Source of the DNA: Terriglobia bacterium
GTDB lineage: Bacteria; Acidobacteriota; Terriglobia; 20CM-2-55-15
Assembly (NCBI GenBank): GCA_965218585.1
Contig: CBDCLE010000012.1
Span: forward strand, 32,001 to 96,000
Reading direction: 5' to 3'
Length of the DNA stretch: 64,000 nt
The notes under the pieces are model-generated. The model made no database searches. It was given only the letters and a program-made list of their open reading frames with translations, and was not told where the DNA came from. Positions 19,824-29,213 of the stretch are shown here, piece by piece; positions within the stretch are counted from its first letter, which is position 1; each line of letters starts with the position of its first letter. Position numbers and translations under genes: made by a program.

Positions 19824-20687
19824 TTACTTCTCTATGTCGCGGTGGATTACTTTAAGGCGGCGTTCAGGTTCGGCCAGAGAAGCAACAGCATTGACGAGCA
19901 TCACAGAACGGTGGCGGCCACCGGTACAGCCAATAGCGACGGTGAGGTAAGACTTCCCTTCCTTCTCGAATTGAGGCAGGAGAAAATTCAACATCGATTC
20001 AAGACGCTCCAGAAAATCCCGCGTAACCTGTTGCTCCTTCATATAGTCGATCACCGGCTGGTCAGCACCTGTCAAAGGCTTCAGATCGGGAACAAAGTAA
20101 GGGTTTGGCAGGAACCGCGCGTCAAAGACCATGTCGGCATCCACAGGAATTCCGTACTTATACCCGAAACTGACCAACGTAACGAGCAGAGGGGCCCGAC
20201 CCTGGACCTCAAAAAGCTGGTCCGCGTAAGCCCGCAGTTCGTGAATCGAAAAGTGGGACGTATCGACAACATGATCGGCCATCGTGCGAATGCCAACGAG
20301 CTGCTCGCGCTCCAGCCCGATAGCCTCACGAACGGGGCGAGTCGAATCGAAAGGGTGCGGCCTGCGGGTCTCGCTGTACCTGCGGACGAGGGCATCATCA
20401 GAGGCATCCAGAAAATAAAGTGAAACGTCGAGGTCGGGAGTTTCTTTCAGTTGGCCATAGATTTCAGGAAACGTCGTCAGCGCGTCCCCTTCGCGAACGT
20501 CGACGACGAGAGCACCCCGATGAACCCCTTCCCCTGATTCCAGGAGCAACTCCGAGAATTTCGTCAGCAGCCCGACCGGAAGGTTGTCGACACAGAAGTG
20601 ACCACGGTCCTCCAGAGCCCGAAGCAGAGTGCCCTTACCCGACCCGCTCGGCCCGGTAATGATGACGAGAGGTGACCGCATGTACAC
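19824..20687 (-). CDS. rapZ: RNase adapter RapZ (YhbJ/YvcJ)
   Basis: GPSGSGK, CVDNLP, ETRRPHP, SFGYKYG, RFLPNP, GCTGGRHRSV. Confidence 0.93.
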   Translation of the reverse strand: MYMRSPLVIITGPSGSGKGTLLRALEDRGHFCVDNLPVGLLTKFSELLLESGEGVHRGALVVDVREGDALTTFPEIYGQLKETPDLDVSLYFLDASDDALVRRYSETRRPHPFDSTRPVREAIGLEREQLVGIRTMADHVVDTSHFSIHELRAYADQLFEVQGRAPLLVTLVSFGYKYGIPVDADMVFDARFLPNPYFVPDLKPLTGADQPVIDYMKEQQVTRDFLERLESMLNFLLPQFEKEGKSYLTVAIGCTGGRHRSVMLVNAVASLAEPERRLKVIHRDIEK

Positions 20688-20792
20688 AGATTACGTTACG
20701 CGGATTACGCGGACAAGAGAAACGCGGTTACGCCAATGACACGGATTGTGACTGGATTACACGGATAAAGGAAAGCTGCCGCGGTGGTAATC

Positions 20793-21335
20793 CTACTGGT
20801 CGGGATCGACCCAGCCGATGTTGCCGTCCTTGCGCTTGTAGACTACATTCAGCCGTTCGGTCTTGGAATTACGAAACAGGAAGAAACCGTTGTCTGAAGA
20901 AGTTATTTCGGTGGCCGCTTCGTCGATACTGAGCGGCTTGATCCCCGCTCCGTCAGACCGGATGATTTCAGGGAGGCGCTCGGCGATCTCCGGCTCGACT
21001 TCGGCTGCCGTCTCAGCCTCAACCACACGTGGGTTTGCCGCTTTCCGGCGTCACTTGAGGTTCTTCGTTTTTGATTTCTGGACTTGCTTCTCAAGCTTAT
21101 CCAGTACGGAGGCAATCGAAGTGTACAAGTCGCTGGTGTCGTCGGTGCTGTTGTGGAAATCGTGACGCGTCTTAAGATTGACTTCCGCTGTGTAACGCTG
21201 ATGCTTCTCGGCGCTCAAGACAAAATGAACTTCTATAATGTCGTGAAGCGACCGCAGTCGCTCCAGCCGATCCAATGCGAACTTTCGAATAGGTTCGGTA
21301 ATTTCCAAATGTCGTCCAGTAAACTCCACTCTCAC
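20793..21335 (-). pseudogene. hpf: Long-form ribosome hibernation promoting factor interrupted by an in-frame TGA
   Basis: The N-domain ORF 21051-21335 (FTGRHLEIT...DLYTSI) and C-domain ORF 20793-21026 (KPLSIDEAA...LNVVYKRKDGNIG) share one frame: ...KNLK*RRKAANPRVVEAE. Confidence 0.8.
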
Positions 21336-21353
21336 CGGGATCTCTCCATTTTT

Positions 21354-22883
21354 TCAGATTCTGAGTCTTCGCTGGTGGGTGCTGGGAATCTTAAGATCTT
21401 CCCTGTACTTGGTGATACTGCGGCGGGTTACGGAGATACCATCTTCCTTCAGCAGGCCCGCAAGTTTCTCGTCCGTAAGCGGCTTATGGGGATCCTCAGC
21501 TTCGATCAACCGCTTGACCTTTAACTTGACCAGTGTAAGAGATGTGCTTCTGTCGTTGGTGCCACTGACTGCTTCAGAAAAAAAGAATCGCAGTTCGTGA
21601 ACACCCTGTGGCGTATGACCAAACTTGTTGGCAACCGCACGGCTCACTGTGGACGGGTGCACGCCCACTTCTTCAGCAATATCCTTGATCATCATCGGCT
21701 TCAATGAATCGATTCCGTTGTCCAGGAATTCATGCTGGTGCTTAACAATAGACTCGCACACCTTGACGATGATGTTCTTCCTCTGCTCGATGTTCTTTAA
21801 GAGCTGGACTGCCGATTTAAAACGATCCTTCACATAGTTACGAACTTCCTTGTTGACCGCAGCTCCCTTGTTGAGCATTTTCCTGTAAGTCTGACTGAGT
21901 CGAAGTTGCGGAACTTCATCCTCGTTCGCAACCACTGTGTATTCGTCACCCACTTTCACGAAGAACACATCGGGCTCGATATGTCGGGCCTCGGGCTTGT
22001 TGTACCTTTGTCCCGGGCGGGGATCGAGCGTCTTGATCAGTTCCAGCGCCTCCAGAACCTCCGGCATAGGCCGTCGGGCCGCCTTGGCGATCTCCTTGTA
22101 TTGATGGTTCTGAAGCTTTCGCAGATGATCGATAACGATCTGCATCGCAACGGGATTATCGTCTTCAAGAAGAGAAAGTTGGATCAGCAGGCACTCGCGC
22201 AAATCCCGGGCCGCGACGCCCGGAGGATCGAAACCCTGAACGGCCAGCAACGCCTTCTCGACATCCTCGAGCGAGTGTTCACCAGATTCAGCGATTTCTT
22301 CCAGAAGAATGGGCATCTCCTGCCCTTTCTCACTCACCGCCGCGAGATAACCGTCTTCGTTGAGATTGCCGATTATCGAGCGACAAGCATCCCGGACACT
22401 CTCGTCGATCACAGCCAGTCCGAGCTGCCATTCCAGATGATCAACCAGGGTGGACGGACGCGCCAGGAAGCTCTCAAAAGAAGGGCGTTCGAAGACCTCG
22501 GTCTCCCTCGGCCGGGAAGCACCATCACTCAGATAATTTTCGAACTCCTGAAGATCGAAATCACGGAATTCATCTTCGGCGGCCGGTTCGGGCTCAGGTT
22601 TTTCAGCAGTGGGTTCTGCGTTTTCCTCGCGCTGCTTCAGCAGTTCGTATCGTTCGTCACCGGCGTCAACCGCTTCTGGCTTCTCCGGGTCTGCTTCTGC
22701 TTCCTGCTCTTCAAGTATCTCGGTGGCTTCCTCAAGGACTGGATTCTCAACGAGTTCTTCAGAGATCATGTCCACCAGTTCCAGCTTGTTGAGCGCCAGC
22801 AAGCTCACCATCTGGACCAGGCCCGGAGTAAGAGCTTGTCTCTGGGTCGGCTTAATGACCAGCCTGTGTTCGAGATACGCCAT
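21354..22883 (-). CDS. rpoN: RNA polymerase sigma-54 factor
   Basis: NPVLE, GVAARDLRECL, HPSTVSRA, RpoN-box-like RRSITKYRE. Confidence 0.95.
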   Translation of the reverse strand: MAYLEHRLVIKPTQRQALTPGLVQMVSLLALNKLELVDMISEELVENPVLEEATEILEEQEAEADPEKPEAVDAGDERYELLKQREENAEPTAEKPEPEPAAEDEFRDFDLQEFENYLSDGASRPRETEVFERPSFESFLARPSTLVDHLEWQLGLAVIDESVRDACRSIIGNLNEDGYLAAVSEKGQEMPILLEEIAESGEHSLEDVEKALLAVQGFDPPGVAARDLRECLLIQLSLLEDDNPVAMQIVIDHLRKLQNHQYKEIAKAARRPMPEVLEALELIKTLDPRPGQRYNKPEARHIEPDVFFVKVGDEYTVVANEDEVPQLRLSQTYRKMLNKGAAVNKEVRNYVKDRFKSAVQLLKNIEQRKNIIVKVCESIVKHQHEFLDNGIDSLKPMMIKDIAEEVGVHPSTVSRAVANKFGHTPQGVHELRFFFSEAVSGTNDRSTSLTLVKLKVKRLIEAEDPHKPLTDEKLAGLLKEDGISVTRRSITKYREDLKIPSTHQRRLRI

Positions 22884-22998
22884 AACTACCTCAGCGGGGA
22901 CAGCCCACTCACCCTTAGCGGATGTTACGGGACGGACACATCATTCTGCAAATCGGGACCATCGTCTTGCCTGAACACGCCATCCGAACTCCTACAAC

Positions 22999-23733
22999 TC
23001 AATGTAGACTAAAATGCTCGCCTAAATAAACCCTCTTGACCTCGTCGTCACTGCCCAGCTCTTCCGGTGTCCCCGAGCGAAAGATCGTCCCATCATTGAT
23101 GATATAGGCGCGGTCTGTCACCTGCAAAGTCTCGCGAACGTTGTGATCGGTTATGAGGATGCCGATCTGCTTCGTTTTCAGATGCTGGATGATCTTCTGG
23201 ATTTCAAGAACGGTGATCGGGTCGATTCCGGAAAAGGGCTCATCCAACAGTATAAATTTGGGTGAAATGACCAACGACCGGGCAATTTCGACGCGGCGTC
23301 GTTCTCCTCCCGATAAAGTGTCGGCCAGATTCTTTCGGACGTGCCCGATACCGAATTCATCGAGGAGTTCTTCCAGACGATCCCTGCGGTCGTTGCCCGA
23401 CAAGGGAAGCGTCTCCAGTATCGCCATGATATTGGCTTCAACACTCAATTTGCGAAACACCGACGCTTCCTGTGGAAGATAGCTGATGCCGTTGCGGGCG
23501 CGAAGATACATCGGCAGGTCGGTAATGTCGTTTTCCGCCAGGCGGACGGCTCCGGAGTCGGGTTGGGTGAGACCAACGATGATGTAGAAAGTCGTTGTCT
23601 TCCCTGCACCGTTGGGCCCCAGAAGACCGACGACTTCTCCCTGTGTGACGCTGATGTTCACGTCCGATACGACGGCGCGGTTCTTGTACGATTTTCGGAT
23701 GTCAATCGTTTCTAAAACCATTCGCTTGTCCAC
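22999..23733 (-). CDS. lptB: LPS export ABC ATPase
   Basis: [35 protein letters not shown]; upstream of rpoN. Confidence 0.95.
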   Translation of the reverse strand: MDKRMVLETIDIRKSYKNRAVVSDVNISVTQGEVVGLLGPNGAGKTTTFYIIVGLTQPDSGAVRLAENDITDLPMYLRARNGISYLPQEASVFRKLSVEANIMAILETLPLSGNDRRDRLEELLDEFGIGHVRKNLADTLSGGERRRVEIARSLVISPKFILLDEPFSGIDPITVLEIQKIIQHLKTKQIGILITDHNVRETLQVTDRAYIINDGTIFRSGTPEELGSDDEVKRVYLGEHFSLH

Positions 23734-23741
23734 CGCACGTC

Positions 23742-25760
23742 TTAATTGTCCACCGCGCGTCGGCTGACAACGCGGCAGTCAGCTTCGCTCTCTACAGTGG
23801 CGTCTCGGGTTTCGACATCAAGTATGAGCTGGCATCCTCTAACAGTGCCGTTGACTGCATCTGAAACTTCAGCGTCCTTCCCAGTCAGGGTGATCGTCTC
23901 GCTTGAACGGACATAGACGGCCTCATCCCCCCGACCGTCAAATTCAGGTCCCATAACGCTCACATCCCCAGTCGCAACAACCTCGTCGGGCTCCCCATCG
24001 GCCAATGTCACATGCAGGTCGGCCGCGTTCAGTTCGACGTTGTCGGAAATGGCGCGGACGCTGCCCGAGTGGTGAAGTGTTCCGCCTTGTTCATCGAATT
24101 CCATCCGGTCCGACCAGAATCGGAGGTCGTCGACGATGGAAACAACCTCATCGGTCGCTTCGAAATTGCCCCGCCTTGGATCGATCTCGATGGTTGAGGC
24201 ACTGACATGCGTCGTTCCACTCCACAATTCAGCCGTTTCAGAGAACGTTACCTGTGTTTGGTTTCCTTCGGCCCGCCCGCTCAAGACCAGTACCGGCTCG
24301 TCGCCATCTGTCCATAACGTCCCGAACGGCTCCAGCCGCCTCGAACGATTCATTCTGGTCATTGAGAACGATTTGGGAGGCGTCCACCTGAAACCCGGCA
24401 TCGGAAATCCTGGACTCACCCGCCAGCAGGACGCGGCGGCCGCCGTCCTGAATCTCGATACGTTCGGCCGATCCCGTCCGGGCATCCTGCACGAACTGGA
24501 CATTCCCAGTCCTGAACCAGCTGCACCAGACTGCCTGTATCCGGGTCAAATCCAGCTTCCGTTCGGTCGCCGTGCAACGATCCGTTCGGCATCTCGATAG
24601 AGGCTGGACGTTCGGTTCGGAAACTTACGATGTCCGCCTGCTCGACCACAAAATAGCTGCCGTCCAGACGATAGTCACCCATCTCTAATACCGAGTCCTC
24701 GGCGGTCTGAACCGAACCGGACAGTTCGTTGCGAATCCAGTCCGACTCCAGACGTTCTCCACCTTCGAGCCGCATCCGTCCATTGCCCGTTGCTTCAACC
24801 GAGGAAAGGCTCCCCATTCGGTCAAAGCTTGCATCAAGCGTGTCCCCACTCAAGAAACGGGCTGATGCCCCTTCCGAGTACTCCAGAGTCGCCTGACCAT
24901 CTGCATGGGCTTCGACCACCTCGCCCAGCGACATTCCAACGGCCAGTTCATTTGCCATCACGGTGAGAAGGCTTGATGGGTCGGATAACTCCGCGGCTAC
25001 ATCCTGCCGGATCCGAATCTGGCTGGGATCCAGGGTGTCCGGAGTCAATGCTATTTCTGCCTCGATACCGGTCACCGTTCCTTTCGAGTTCGTCATGCGC
25101 AGCCCCTCTGAAATCTGAATCAGGTTAGCGTTCTGATCGTACCGCGCTGTTTCAGTCTCCAGCGTGGCACCGTCTGCCATGACGATCCGAACCGCCCCCC
25201 GAACCTCGAGAACGTTCTCTTCCACCAGGAGGGTCATACGATCCGCCCGGCCCTCAAATTGTCCAGGCCGCGTAATTTCAGTGGCTGACAAGGTCGTGAT
25301 CGTTCGGCTCTCATGGTTGTAGGTCATTGCCGCGGTCCGGCCTGACGTGAGGGGGTCCAATTGCATTTCCACGTCCCCATCACACTGGATATCGACCGTC
25401 TCCTGGTCGTAGCCACACTGGTCACCGTGTATCCGACGTTTCCGGCGTGGAACCGTCCTCGCTAAAGAGGACCACCGTCACATCTTCAAGCAGGTTTCTC
25501 CCGTCGGCGAACCCCAGGTTCGTACGAGCCTCCACGGTAAAAGCCGTCCGCCCACCCTCGGTGCGGGAAAACGTGATCTCTTCGGCCAGTTCCGAAACGT
25601 TTTCAACCAGCTTGGGAGGCGGCGGCAGAACAGCTGTTTCCTGGGTGGGGCGGTTTTGATAGTTCCAGACGAGAACACCGATCAAGGCGAGTACGACGAT
25701 AGGGACAGTCACGCGAAGCACGCGCACCAAGTGGTAGGCGTGGATCCTCTCCAGACGCAT
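23742..25760 (-). CDS. LptC/LptA (OstA-like) periplasmic LPS-transport protein, frameshifted into pieces
   Basis: N-terminal TM anchor (25422-25760) then beta-rich pieces (24416-25372, 24238-24549, 23742-24503) directly upstream of lptB; at least 3 frame breaks. Confidence 0.7.
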
Positions 25761-25797
25761 ACTTAAATCGTATCATGTCCGAAGCAAGAAGGGATTG

Positions 25798-25969
25798 ACC
25801 GCAAAGGCGCAAAGACGCAGAGAATTAAGGAGTGACAAGTCGTCCAGGCTAGGAAGCGATAGACTCTGTGGATTCCTAACAACCGTTTCGCTAACACCGG
25901 AACTACCGGCCAAATCAGACGGGATCTAGTGCTGTATCTTCTTCCTTCGCGACTTCGCGGCTTTGCGGT
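25798..25969. repeat. ACCGCAAAG-type inverted-repeat element (about 170 bp)
   Basis: ACCGCAAAGGCGCAAAGACGCAGAG ... CTTCGCGACTTCGCGGCTTTGCGGT; the interior resembles the 48297 copy. Confidence 0.75.
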
Positions 25970-25981
25970 TAAAGATTCCGG

Positions 25982-27738
25982 CTAGTCGTTCCAGATGAAG
26001 ACCTCGAGTTGATCACCCAGTTCCCGTGCTGACGGGGTGAGGATTGTTCGGGCATTAACAATGATCTTGGTGCTGGATCGAGATGCAGACCGGACATCGT
26101 CCTCGCTCACGAACTCTGCAGGAGCAGGGGGGGCTGAAGGCGTGGGTGACTTTGAGGGGCTCCAACTCGTCATAGCTGTTCAACGGAGGCCGAGCTGCCT
26201 CGGGGGTGTTCAACGAAGGCTCAATCTCCGAAGGCTCACCCGAGACTTCCGCCCGGGCGATGGGCGAATTGGGAACCGCGGATGGGGCCTTGCTGTCCAG
26301 CCAACTGTCCACTATGGCGGCAATCTGGTTCCGGCCAACACCGGCAGAATTGGGTTGTGCAGCCGCCTCGACCTTGGGAGCCGCCGATTCCACCTCGCGG
26401 ACTCCGAAAGCGACGCGCTTGAGGTTGATCAGGTGAAGAGGCGATATGTTGTCTGACGTGATGTTTCCGCCGAAGGCACCACAACCGAGAGTCATCGAAG
26501 GAAACAGATTTGTCGTGTAACCGACAGCTCCGAGCGCAGCCGGAGTGTTGACACAGATACGGTAAGCCGGCTTCTGGAGTGCGAACTGCCGAATGACTTC
26601 GTCGTCATTCGAGTGCAAACCCAATGTGTGCCCCAGGCCTCCAAAATTAAGGATATCGATGCACTTCTGGCAGCCCTCCCTCCAATCCTTGACCGTGTAG
26701 AAAGCCAGTACAGGAGAAAGCTTTTCCATCGAAAGCGGGTGGTCACGCCCGACACCACCAGCCATGCCAACCAGGGCCCGCGTTGTGGCAGGAACCTCGA
26801 TGCCTGCCATCTGGGCGATCCTCGGCGCAGATTGTCCTACGATGTTGATATTGAGTGTTCCGCTGGGAGTCTGAATCACGTTCCCGAGACGCGTGGCTTC
26901 GTCTTCGTCACAGACGTATGCACCCTGCCGACCGAGCTCGGCCAGGACCTCATCACGGACGGCCTCGTCAGCGATAAGGGATTGCTCGGAAGAACAGAGC
27001 GTGCCGTTGTCGAAGCACTTTCCGGTCAAAACATGATTCACGGCACGGCCGACATCCGCAGACTGCTCGATATAGGCGGGAACGTTGCCGGGACCCACGC
27101 CAAAGGCAGGCTTGCCTGCGCTATAGGCTGCCCGAACGAGACCCGGTCCGCCGGTTGACAGTATGAGGGACGTTAGGCGGTTCTTCATCAGTTCGTTCGT
27201 GCCTTCCATGGTCGGCGTCTCCATCGAGGACACGACTCCCGGAGGAGCCCCTGCCGCCTCAGCCGCCTCGCGAATGAGACTCACGGTTTCGTTGATTGAC
27301 CGGACAGCGGACAGATGGGGACTGAAGACAATCGCATTACGACCCCTTCAATGCGATCAGCGCCTTGTAGATCGTGGTTGATGTCGGATTCGTGGAGGGA
27401 ATGATGCCGGCAATCACACCAACGGGGCTGGCAACCTCGATAACCCTTTGCTCTTTGTCTTCGTTCACGATTCCAACTGTCTTCAGAGGTCGGATCGCGT
27501 CGTAGACATCGCGCGCGCAAAAGAGGTTCTTTACGGTCTTGTCTTCTACCAGGCCAAAGCCGGTTTCTTCTACGGCAATCTCTGCGAGCGTCCGGGCATT
27601 GGCGATACAGACCTGCGATATCGCCCGGAGGATCGATTCAACCTGCTCTTCGGAGAACTCTTCAAATTGTTTCCAAGCGGCGTGCGCAGCCTCAACGAGC
27701 CGCCGAGCTTCCTGAATGGAATGTAGATCCTTATCCAT
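25982..27738 (-). CDS. BMC-type acylating aldehyde dehydrogenase (EutE/PduP-like) with C-terminal extension; 2 frameshifts
   Basis: MDKDLHSIQEAR, PSTNPTST, TGGPGLV, GVGPGNVP, catalytic GTLCSSEQ, EKLSP, TLGCG; split over ORFs 27337-27738, 26055-27284 and 25982-26173. Confidence 0.85.
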
Positions 27739-27813
27739 AGGTCAGAACGATTGGCTTTCAGTCGTCAACTATCGGCTTTCGGCGGGCGAGATCTGAACAC
27801 TGACAGGCAACAA

Positions 27814-28086
27814 CTAGCTGCTCCCCACCATCCCCTCCACATCCTCATACGGCATGGGAATGACATGGACGGTGACAAGCTCTCCCACCTTCCGGGCAGC
27901 TGCTGCGCCGGCATCTGTGGCGGCCTTCACGGCGCCAATATCTCCCCGGACCCAGACGGCAACATAGCCGTTCAGGGTGTACTCCTTGCCTTCGAGCGAA
28001 ACGTTCGCGGTCTTCAACATGGCATCAGAGGCCTCTACTGCGCCGGTAAACCCAATAGTTTCAATAAAACCGAGTGCTTCTCTCAT
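27814..28086 (-). CDS. Bacterial microcompartment hexameric shell protein (BMC-H)
   Basis: 90 aa; [38 protein letters not shown]. Confidence 0.93.
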   Translation of the reverse strand: MREALGFIETIGFTGAVEASDAMLKTANVSLEGKEYTLNGYVAVWVRGDIGAVKAATDAGAAAARKVGELVTVHVIPMPYEDVEGMVGSS

Positions 28087-28190
28087 TGTTCCCGAGGGGA
28101 CAGCCCTTTGATTCCGAGGCTATTAAGAATTCTGTCGCTGGGCGGCCTCGCGGCCGCGGGTACGGTAGCAGAAACAATGAACAAAAGCAA

Positions 28191-28219
28191 TTGACTCCTA
28201 AGTGTCTAATTTATAAGAT
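28191..28219 (+). promoter_or_regulatory. Putative sigma-70 promoter for rodZ
   Basis: TTGACT-N17-TAAGAT ending about 37 bp upstream of the ATG at 28256. Confidence 0.6.
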
Positions 28220-28255
28220 CCTTCCTATCCTTTGAACCGGAGTCGCCGCTTGAGC

Positions 28256-29062
28256 ATGTCGGGATTCGGAAACAACTTCAAATCGGCCCGCGAGACTAAA
28301 AACCTCACCCTTGAAGAAATTGCGCAAGAAACGCGCATCAGTGCGCGTTTCTTGCGCGCCATCGAAGAAGAAACGTTCGACGTTCTGCCCGGAGGTATTT
28401 TCAATCGCGGCTTTGTTCGAACCTACGCGAGTCACGTCGATATCGACCCCGAACAGGCTGTCTCCGAATACAAGGACCTCACTCAAGAATCCAACCCTGA
28501 GGAATCGGAGTCGACGACGAACACCCCTCTGGAAAACTCAGAGGGCCACCTGTTGCCAATTGCAGTAGGGAGTCTCGTTGTGCTCATCGTCCTGTTTTAC
28601 GTCTTTGCATGGGACACGGGGACGCCCACTGAAGCCGCGGTGCCCCAAACCGCCGAAGCCGAACTCTCCCGAAGAGTAGAAGCAACGCCCATTCCGGATA
28701 CCCCTACAGTCGGGCCCACGCGTTCCAACACGAACCGAGCCACACTTCAAACGAATCGAACCACGAGTCGCAACGAGACCGCAAGCGAGGTGCGTGGCGT
28801 CAACGTACAGATAGAGGTTCACGAAGAGACATGGGTTTCAGTAGAGTCGGACGGAGAAGCAATCGTTGAAGGCGTCGTTCTGGGGGCGGGCACGACCCGT
28901 CGCTACTCAGCCAGAGAAGCACTGGAAATGACGATCGGAAACGCTGCCGGGCTGACTCTGAGCATCAATGGCCGCGAAGTCCCCTCTCTGGGGAGAGACG
29001 GCCAGGTCCGGATCCTCACGATCACTCCCAACCGCATCAACGGCCGCCTGATCGGCAGCTAA
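28256..29062 (+). CDS. rodZ: RodZ-like protein (HTH - TM - DUF4115)
   Basis: LPGGIFNRGFVRTYA HTH region, single TM, IGNAAG C-terminal motif. Confidence 0.85.
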   Translation: MSGFGNNFKSARETKNLTLEEIAQETRISARFLRAIEEETFDVLPGGIFNRGFVRTYASHVDIDPEQAVSEYKDLTQESNPEESESTTNTPLENSEGHLLPIAVGSLVVLIVLFYVFAWDTGTPTEAAVPQTAEAELSRRVEATPIPDTPTVGPTRSNTNRATLQTNRTTSRNETASEVRGVNVQIEVHEETWVSVESDGEAIVEGVVLGAGTTRRYSAREALEMTIGNAAGLTLSINGREVPSLGRDGQVRILTITPNRINGRLIGS

Positions 29063-29090
29063 CACCCTCAGACTGCATCGCCTGACCGCT

Positions 29091-29182
29091 CTTCAACACG
29101 AAGACACGAAGCTAACGAAGGTCTGTTTGTCGGCTTTTGACTTAGACACCTCTTGTTCTTCGTGGACTTCCTGTTAAAAATC
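29091..29182. repeat. CACGAAG-type inverted-repeat element
   Basis: CTTCAACACGAAGACACGAAGCTAACGAAG ... CTTCGTGGACTTCCTGTTAAAAATC; near-identical arms at 58875-58973. Confidence 0.75.
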
Positions 29183-29213
29183 TTTTCCACAGTCTAGGAT
29201 ATACTTTGGGGTT

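Noticed and set aside
29150-29175. LexA/SOS box upstream of uvrA
   Set aside because: GTTC...CTTC does not fit GTTC-N7-GTTC spacing and lies within a repeat arm.
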